DNA of 19,877 bases. It comes from Reclinomonas americana ATCC 50394. Lineage: Eukaryota. The stretch is from contig PS015164.1 in the NCBI GenBank assembly GCA_048213135.1, positions 58,937-78,813 of the forward strand, given 5' to 3'. Made by a program: the position numbers and the translations under genes. Every line of letters starts with the position of its first letter. Positions within the stretch are counted from its first letter, which is position 1. The notes beneath the pieces are model-generated. The model was not told the origin of the DNA, searched no databases, and was given only the letters and a program-made list of their open reading frames with translations. Positions 12,228-19,877 of this stretch are shown piece after piece.

Positions 12228-14948
12228 TTAGAACTTACTGTGACCCCCCATTGCGGCCCCAACGCCCAGGAGAATGGTCACGCCGTAGCCGATGCACACA
12301 CCCAGCACGAGGTTGGTGATTGCGAAACTGTTAATCTGTGAGTATCGTTGCGCGCCTGCTCTCATGTTCTCCATCGTGCGTACCTCCACACCTTGCTGGC
12401 ATCCACATTGTCCCTCAGCAACTGCACAAAGAAATACGGTTGCGCAATGGGCGCTCGGTTTGACCACTGCTGCGCGATGCTGTTTACACCGTCGTTGTAC
12501 ATGGCGATATCTTCATCGCTGTGCAGTGGCGACGCGGTGAGCTCCGGTCGCCGTGGCAGTGAGAAGAATGACGAAACGCACTTTGCATGGAGGAGACTCG
12601 CCGACGCCTCCACCACGGTAGACGATGTGGGATGCGCCCACGACTGCTGGCACGCAAGGCGCGCCGCTGTACACGTCTCCTCTGAGCCGGTGGTGTACTG
12701 TGTAGTGGATGAGGACGGAGTGCAACACCTTGCTTTCACGGCGTACATACCTGCTTGCACACGACGTATGCCTATCGTGCAAGTGCAGCAAGTCAGAATC
12801 AGCAAGCGTGAAGTGCCTCGCCCACCCTGGCTTACGCACCGATACTTTGGCGCCTACTTGTGCGTCGCGATCCGACGTGTACAGCGGGGCAACGGCCCTG
12901 CGCGAATAGCAGCAAATGAGCACCAGCAGCATGTTGGGCAAGCATGAGTGCTTGGTTGCCCCAACCAGAATGTGTAGCTGTGCCAACGACAATAAGCAAC
13001 AATAGGCGAGAAACTCGTTTCCCCACACACGCCACGCAACAAGGTTGTATCCTCGCTCGTGCCGGTCTCGAGGCACTGTGAGAACGACTGTTCGGCGGCG
13101 ATGAAGAACCCCGGTTGCAGGTTGAACTGGTTTGCCACGTCTATAGAGTGCATTCGGATGCTCAGCTGGACGCATCCACCACCACAGCCACCACCACCAC
13201 CGCTCACATCTCAACACACCTGCCAGTCCCAGCTGGCGCACCTGCTCGACGGTTACCGGCGCCCCGTGATCGTACTCGCGCCATTGTCGAACCACGGTGT
13301 AGTAGCGAAAGTCTATGCACAAACGAGTGAGTCAAATGTGCAGGCAGAGAGAGAGAGAGAGGCTCTTCCTCCACGCTCAACTGTAACCCACGACGGCACC
13401 GACGACGATGAACACAATGCCGAAACCGGCAAAGAAGACGAACTCCGAGCAGTGAATGGGACGCTGGGGGCCGTTGCCGCATAAGCAGCGGTAGCAGAGC
13501 CGCACCGTGAGAAACTGGAGGTAGACAAAGCCGCCTGTGATGCAGTCATCACGGTGTGAGACCACATCGCGTGCGTTATCCTATCCTCTCGTACGACTCA
13601 CCGACACAGCTGACAAGCACCGCATTGAGGGTCCCGTTAGTTCTGAGTGTTTTTCCCAGCAAGCAGAGACTGACGACAAAATACAGAAGCGGCCACAAAT
13701 AAAGTCGCGCTCGTGAGCCGCACTTTCTTGCGCGGCACAGGCCACGGCGTTTCCGCACAGGCTGCACTCTGTAGTGGTGGGAGGGAGCACGCTGCAGTTC
13801 AGAAAGAGAGAGAGAGAAAGAAGGCAACCAGTGCAGGGTCGACGCAACTCGACAGCGACAGGCGGTGGTGCTGTTTTCGTTGGCGAGAAGCTGATGGACA
13901 GAAACGACGAGTTAGTTCACCAGCTACGCGAGGTTCATCGCTGTTAATGACGCACATTGGCTTGCCGGCTGTGGGCGGCGGCCTGCGTGCGCAGAGTGAG
14001 ATGATCCGCACACATGGGAAGTGGTCTTGATTACGATCTCTCGCAACTGTTTCGTCGGCCTGCAGTGCACAGCAAGTGAGTGAGATGGAGGGGGCGCGAG
14101 ACTTTGAGCGACGCAACTGTTCCGTGTAAGCTGGCGTCTTCTTGGCCTCATCCAGACTGTCGCCACACAGTTGTTTGAAAAGATTGCGCCTGCAACACGT
14201 GTGGGCGAGTGCGCGAGTCACCTGCGCTGCGTCGCCAGGTACGTAGGAGCGGAGAGCGAGTCCTGACCACGTTGCAGCTCGCCACTGGCATGCAGTGCAG
14301 CAGTCACCTGCTCGACACGACTGCGCAAGTTGTCCACGGAGAGCATTGGTGCCAGATCTGCGACGATTTCGTCGACAGTGCGTGCTTGCTGTACATGCGG
14401 TTGTGTGTGTGAGTGTGGCAGTGTGAGCGGTGCAGAGTACTATGTGTGAGAGAGACAGGGGGGCACCACGCACCGTGCGACAGTTTTGCAACACAAGCTG
14501 TCGGAGCTGTCGTCAAGAGGTGTCATACAAACGGCGAAGGCCGTCGACATGCCACGCGTGCACAGTGATACGCAACAAGCTCGTCGATGTTGACCATGTC
14601 TTCTCTCTTCTCTCCAGCGTGTGTGAAAATCGATGGTGAAGCAGCAGTCGTTGCGGAATTTTTGGGATGACTGTGACAGCGGACGACATGCAGCGCGTTG
14701 TTGTCCTCTCTCTGTTTGTTGCACTGCTGCACGTAGCGCGCTTATAGCTTCCTCACGCACTCAACACACACCCCACATGCACACTCTTCCACACAGTGCA
14801 TGCATATGATTCGTGCGCATGCGCCGCGCTGCGCAGCGTTGATCATGACTATAGTACTCTCCTCGAGCTCTGTGATCTGATTGGATTGCCATTGGTTCCC
14901 AGCGTGCAACATCAGCTGGCACAATGCTGAGTGGCAGCGAACGGCCAT
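12228..14948 (-). CDS. Uncharacterised multi-exon probable membrane protein (start and several exon boundaries uncertain)
   Basis: Phase-compatible chain of exon candidates: ..EDMVNIDEL|QARTVDEIVADLAPMLSVDNLRSRVEQ..|RNLFKQLCGDSLDEAKKTPAYTEQ|PTKQLREIVIKTTSH.., ..RKRRGLCRARKCGSRARLYLWPLLYFV.., GGFVYLQFLT|FVFFAGFGIVFIVVGAVVGY|FRYYTVVRQW.., ..DEDIAMYNDGVNSIAQQW.., final hydrophobic INSFAITNLVLGVCIGYGVTILLGVGAAMGGHSKF*. No family recognised. Confidence 0.5.
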
Positions 14949-15181
14949 GGTCACACTGCGCGCAGAATGGACGCAGCGAACCCGAAAGAATTCGATCGAT
15001 ATCGCGAGACCGTTTTTTGCCGCGCCTTGCGATCGAAACGGTCTTCTCGGAGTGCAGTGATGCCTGACTCGCCCGTCGTAGCACATTGCTCCATCACTTC
15101 GTGGCATTCAGAAGCAGAGAAAACGCATGCAATGGAGAGCGCGAAACCTGCGCGCGAATTCGAAATCTGTACAAAGTACGA

Positions 15182-15736
15182 NNNNNNNNNNNNNNNNNNN
15201 NNNNNNNNNNNNNNNNNNNNNNNNNNNNNNNNNNNNNNNNNNNNNNNNNNNNNNNNNNNNNNNNNNNNNNNNNNNNNNNNNNNNNNNNNNNNNNNNNNNN
15301 NNNNNNNNNNNNNNNNNNNNNNNNNNNNNNNNNNNNNNNNNNNNNNNNNNNNNNNNNNNNNNNNNNNNNNNNNNNNNNNNNNNNNNNNNNNNNNNNNNNN
15401 NNNNNNNNNNNNNNNNNNNNNNNNNNNNNNNNNNNNNNNNNNNNNNNNNNNNNNNNNNNNNNNNNNNNNNNNNNNNNNNNNNNNNNNNNNNNNNNNNNNN
15501 NNNNNNNNNNNNNNNNNNNNNNNNNNNNNNNNNNNNNNNNNNNNNNNNNNNNNNNNNNNNNNNNNNNNNNNNNNNNNNNNNNNNNNNNNNNNNNNNNNNN
15601 NNNNNNNNNNNNNNNNNNNNNNNNNNNNNNNNNNNNNNNNNNNNNNNNNNNNNNNNNNNNNNNNNNNNNNNNNNNNNNNNNNNNNNNNNNNNNNNNNNNN
15701 NNNNNNNNNNNNNNNNNNNNNNNNNNNNNNNNNNNN
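15182..15736. other. Assembly gap (N run), expected to contain exon 1 of tectonin copy A
   Basis: N run whose flanks are homologous to the upstream region and intron 1 of copy B. Confidence 0.9.
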
Positions 15737-15763
15737 TCTCTCTCTCTCTCTCTCTCTCTCTCT

Positions 15764-15816
<53 letters not shown>
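15737..15816. repeat. (CT)n(CA)n microsatellite in first intron of tectonin copy A
   Basis: Direct inspection; borders the N gap. Confidence 0.95.
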
Positions 15817-15818
<2 letters not shown>

Positions 15819-15886
15819 ATCACACTCAATCGCGGTCACACTGCCCTCCTTGTCACCCCGATTCACCCTCCCTCTCCCGTGCACAG

Positions 15887-17025
15887 CCACTTTGGTGGCC
15901 TTGGGCAACGCCTACATGACTGGTGTGGCGGACACCACCTTTGAGCACACTGTGAGCGACGTGGAGGAGATGCGCGCAGAGCTCGAGCTGGACGCAGCCG
16001 AGGAAGACTACGGGTGAGTTTCCTCATTCTCCTCAGATGCCTGACAGGCCCACTCACAAGCCATTTCCTTCGCAGTTTCTACGCCGAAGCTGAAAGCCGC
16101 CACGCACGCCGTTGCCGTCATGCCAAGTGCGACGACGACGACGAGCCGCTGCCTCTTGATTTCCGGTGAGTCTGCAGCTGCAGAGAGATCCTCCCCGCGC
16201 AACACCTGCTCACATCCCTCATCGCAGCTGGCAGCAGCTCCCTGGCGGTGCCATTGACATCGGCTTGCAGCAGAAGCAACACAGGACCGCCGCTGTGTGG
16301 GTCGTTGGCGTCGAAGGCAACATGTTGAGTATATGAGCGCATTGCATGTGCTCGTCGACATGAAAGCGGGTGGTACTGGTGCTAACATACACTTGGCGCT
16401 CGCGCGCAGCTACAACTATGTGCACAAATCCGGAACATGGACTGGCTACGACGTCAAGAGCCGCGCGGTGAACATCGCCGTCGCCCCGGACGGCACACCG
16501 TACGCCTCGCTCAACGACAGCAAGCACATCATCATCTTCGACAAGACAAAGTTGACGTGGAGCGAGCTGCCGGGTGTCGACTGGGCCATCGACATTGCAG
16601 TCGGCTCCCAGTACGTCTGGTATCCACACATGAGTGGCGGCCGCGTGGTGCGCGTCGATCGCAAGACCTTCAAGTTGGAGGTCGATCCCCAGGCCGGTGG
16701 CATCATGCGCATCACCGCCGACGCGGACGACAACGTGTTCGCCATTCGCAATGACAACAGCATCTGGCGCATGGTCAAGTTTGGCCAGTGGCAGCAGATG
16801 CCTGGTCTTGGGCTGGACATCGGCGTCGGCTCCGATGGCTCGTTGTGGATTGTCGGCATGGACAAGGCATTCTACACGTACGCTCCCGCCGCTGGCGGCT
16901 GGATCTGCCTGCCGACGGCGAGAGGCATCCGCGTGTCGGGTGGACCCGAGGGGGGCCCGTGGCACGTGAACGACAACAAGGAGATCTGGCGCCCGATCTA
17001 CCCGGCGGACGCTGACAGCTACTAA
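15887..17025 (+). CDS. Tectonin-type six-bladed beta-propeller lectin, copy A (first exon hidden in N gap)
   Basis: Exons homologous to copy B: 15887-16013 (acidic segment), then FYAEAESRHARRCRHAKCDDDDEPLPLDF, WQQLPGGAIDIG..VWVVGVEGNI, and last exon 16410-17025 with five more WxxxPG..xDIxVGxxGxxWxV-like repeats. TAA ends at 17025. Confidence 0.8.
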
Positions 17026-17344
17026 AACCGAAGAAGTAAACTTGTCGGGTTTCGTCACTCAGAGTGTGAGTTTGGATTCGTTCGCATGCATTCGTGTTAC
17101 CGAATCATGACAACCGCCGAGGTTTCTCGTCCGCTAGCGCCAAAGTATTCCTATCTGCTGTTGTTGCAAAAGAGATTGTGGTCAAGAAATGTATCCATTC
17201 GCGCGCGACCTCGCATGCTCGTGAAAACGCTCCGTCCGCCTGCAGCTATTGCAGAACGTGTACACAGCAGCGGAGATCTGTGGCATTTGGAGGCCTTTGT
17301 GGTGAAGAATTTCGCCACACTACATAGCGAACGTTTCTCGCCGA

Positions 17345-17383
17345 GAGCGCGAAATCTGCGCGTGAAATCTGCGCGCGAAATCT
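17345..17383 (+). promoter_or_regulatory. Triplicated GCGCG(N)GAAATCT element upstream of tectonin copy B
   Basis: GCGCGAAATCT-GCGCGTGAAATCT-GCGCGCGAAATCT, ending 100 nt before the ATG. A related element lies at 15139-15168 upstream of copy A. Confidence 0.5.
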
Positions 17384-17482
17384 ACGAGTACGACCGTTAC
17401 TTCCCGCCTTCGTCGCGTTCAACTTCATTTCGTCTTTCGTGTGAGAGCAGACTACTTGGTTTTCTCCACGTTGCCAGATCTC

Positions 17483-18931
17483 ATGAATCGCCTTCTCCTT
17501 CTCATCGCCCTCTGTGCTGTGGCCATTGTGGCACTCGTCGGCGTGAACGCAGAGATGGAAACTGACTTCCAGCTCGGTGTGTGGACTCATTTATGGTTTC
17601 GCGCGCTCTCTTTCTCCCTCTTCTTTCTTTATTCTCCCGCGCGCGCGTTCTCTCACTACCTTTGTGAGTGTGAGTGTGATGCATCTCTCTCTCTCTCTCG
17701 ATCTCTCTCTCTCACTCATGATCACACTCAATCGCGGTCACACTGCCCTCCTTGTCACCCCGATTCACACACTCACCCTCCCTCTCCCGTGCGCAGCCTC
17801 CCTGGCGGCCTTGGGCAACGCCCACATGACTGGTGTGGCGGACACCACCTTTGAGCACACTGTGAGCGACGTGGAGGAGATGCGCGCAGAGCTCGAGCTG
17901 GACGCAGCCGAGGAAGACTACGGGTGAGTGTAGTTCCCATTCTTCTCAATTGCCGGACAACTCCCACTCACAAGCCATTTCCTTCGCAGTTTCTATGCCG
18001 AAGCTGAAAGCCGCCACAGACGCCGTTGCCGTCATGCCAAGTGCGAGGACGATGATGAGCCGCTGCCTCTTGATTTCCGGTGAGTCTGCAGAGACATCCT
18101 CCCCCGCACAGTCACCTCAAATCACCTGCTCACATCCCTCATCGCAGCTGGCAACAGCTCCCTGGCGGTGCCGTTGACATCGGCTTGCAGCAGAGGCAAC
18201 GCAGGACCGCCGCTGTGTGGGTCGTTGGCGTCGATGGAAATATGTTGAGTATAAGTGCACTGTGGACGATTGACATGAAAAACGGTGGCGCTGACATACA
18301 CTTGTCGCTCGCGCGCAGCTACAACTATGTGCACAAATCCGGAACATGGACTGGCTATGATGTCAAGGGCCGCGCGGTGAACATCGCCGTCGCCCCTTGC
18401 GGCAAGCCGTACGCCACGCTCAACGACAGCAAGCACATCATCGTCTTCGACAAGAAGAAGCAGACGTGGAGCGAGCTGCCTGGCATCGATTGGGCCGTCG
18501 ACATTGCCGTTGGCTCCCAGTACGTCTGGTTTCCGCACATGAATGGCGGCCGTGTGGTGCGCGTCGATCGCAAGACGTTGAAGTTGGAGGTCGATCCCCA
18601 GGCCGGTGGCATCATTCGCATCACCGCCGACGCGGACGACAACGTGTTCGCCATTCGCAGTGACAACAGCATCTGGCGCATGGTCAAGTTTGGCCAGTGG
18701 GAGCAACTGGTTGGTCTTGGGCTGGACATTGGCGTCGGCTCCAACGGCTCGTTGTGGATTGTCGGCATGGACAAGGCATTCTACACGTACGCTCCCGCCG
18801 CTGCCGGCTGGATCTGCCTACCGACGGCGAGAGGCATCCGCGTGTCGGGTGGACCCGAGGGGGGCCCGTGGCACGTGAACGACGGCAAGCAGATCTGGCG
18901 CCCGATCTACCCGCCGAATGCCTCCAGCTGA
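17483..18931 (+). CDS. Secreted tectonin-type six-bladed beta-propeller lectin, copy B (complete, 5 exons)
   Basis: Exon 1 at 17483-17576, MNRLLLLIALCAVAIVALVGVNAEMETDFQL (signal peptide). Exon 2 at 17797-17923 is acidic. Exon 3 has RHRRRCR. Exon 4 ends at 18243. Exon 5 at 18319-18931. Six tectonin-like repeats begin WQQLPGG, WTGYDVK, WSELPG, LEVDPQAGG, WEQLVG and WICLPT. Confidence 0.82.
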
Positions 18932-19385
18932 AGAGTGTGGGAAACTGCGACGCTGCGTTTCAAGAAAATGAACGCATGCACGGAAAACTAACTGCACGCT
19001 GCTTTCTGTATGCTCTGTTTGTTTCTTCTCCACTTTCCGCGAAGAGCGACGGCATGCAACGTCGGTCAAGTCCTGCATGCACACGTGAACTCCGTTTACG
19101 ATCCGTCGTTAGGGGGGGGCCGCAACCTTTTTGGCTCGCCCAGGATTGTCACTGTCCCCCATTTTTTCACCTCGTTTCGGAGGTGTCCCCCAACCCTCAC
19201 CAGGTCTCGCAACCTGTGCACGTCCGACTTGCACAGGCGCCCACCGTTAAAAAGTCCCATCCCCCAAAAAAATTTCTCTCGCGATCCACCGTACCCCAAT
19301 GGGTAAAAAAAGGGGTGTCCCCGTGTCCCCCAATTGTTGCGGTACCCCCCTGTCGTTTACGTGTAGTTGCATCTCCGCCGCGCAG

Positions 19386-19504
19386 ATGAGCACCACTCAA
19401 GTACAGCTGGACGAGAGCGGCCGCGACGCCGTGCGCGAAGTCACCGACCTCGACAGTCAAGTGCATCATCCGCAGTACCTGGTCTTTGAGGTCTGCATCG
19501 CAGA

Positions 19505-19543
<39 letters not shown>

Positions 19544-19779
19544 TGTGTGTGTGTGCGGAGAGAGAGAGAGAGAGTTGTTGTTGTCTGTGTGTGAAGTGCA
19601 TCGGAGCTCCTCTGCATCTTCGCATTTGCAAGTTTACCCGCCCTCACCCTTTACACACTCTTACACTTGTACAGAACCACGCCTTCCTCCGCAGCCGCGC
19701 TCTCCTCTCGCAACGTGGTTTCGCCGCAAACAACAGCTCATTGCTGGCTGCTGTGCGCCCTCTCCTTCCAGCGCTCAAA
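19386..19779 (+). CDS. Possible ADF-H (cofilin/coactosin/drebrin-like) domain protein, first two visible exons; continues beyond window
   Basis: Exon 19386-19490 MSTTQVQLDESGRDAVREVTDLDSQVHHPQYLVFE and phase-0 exon 19675-19779 NHAFLRSRALLSQRGFAANNSSLLAAVRPLLPALK, both with good splice sites. The pattern loosely resembles the ADF-H N-terminal helix plus Y-hydrophobic-F strand. Family call is tentative. Confidence 0.4.
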
Positions 19780-19877
19780 GTACGCACGCTGCCCCCTCCT
19801 CTCTCTCTCTCTCACACACACACGCACACTCACTGGGACACCTACTCACGCACACCTTATCTCTTGATATGTAACCG

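Noticed and set aside
12228-12239. C-terminal SKF as a peroxisomal PTS1 variant
   Set aside because: The last-exon frame is uncertain and the tripeptide follows a transmembrane-like helix, so the signal cannot be supported.
18244-18318. Continuous 283-aa ORF (18080-18931) suggesting a 25-aa insertion in tectonin B
   Set aside because: This is a 75-nt stop-free intron. The homologous segment in copy A is 86 nt (frame-breaking) with a GCTAAC branch-like site, and removing it restores the blade motif GNIYNY.
19110-19360. Homopolymer-rich stretch of distinct composition
   Set aside because: It resembles low-quality trace sequence, with no supportable repeat, ORF or structure.

Overview
Intron-rich eukaryotic genomic DNA (GC-rich, many short GT-AG introns, CA/CT microsatellites, N gaps). 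The style suggests an amoebozoan draft genome such as Acanthamoeba, but that is an inference. I spliced the gene models by hand. From the left the window holds: three tandem minus-strand aldo-keto reductase (AKR) paralogues; the 3' half of BUD31/G10; a multi-exon uncharacterised membrane-protein gene; two tandem secreted six-bladed tectonin-type lectin genes; and the first exons of a possible ADF-H protein. Main observations: (1) many introns use an atypical donor, GTTG[AC]G(T), the normal donor displaced by one base, anchored by homologous intron positions in paralogues. (2) Two of the three AKRs have Gly in place of the catalytic His and carry long low-complexity N-terminal extensions. (3) One AKR intron is expanded by a degenerate repeat array. 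(4) The tectonins carry an acidic pro-region, a polybasic site and a shared upstream GCGCGAAA motif.
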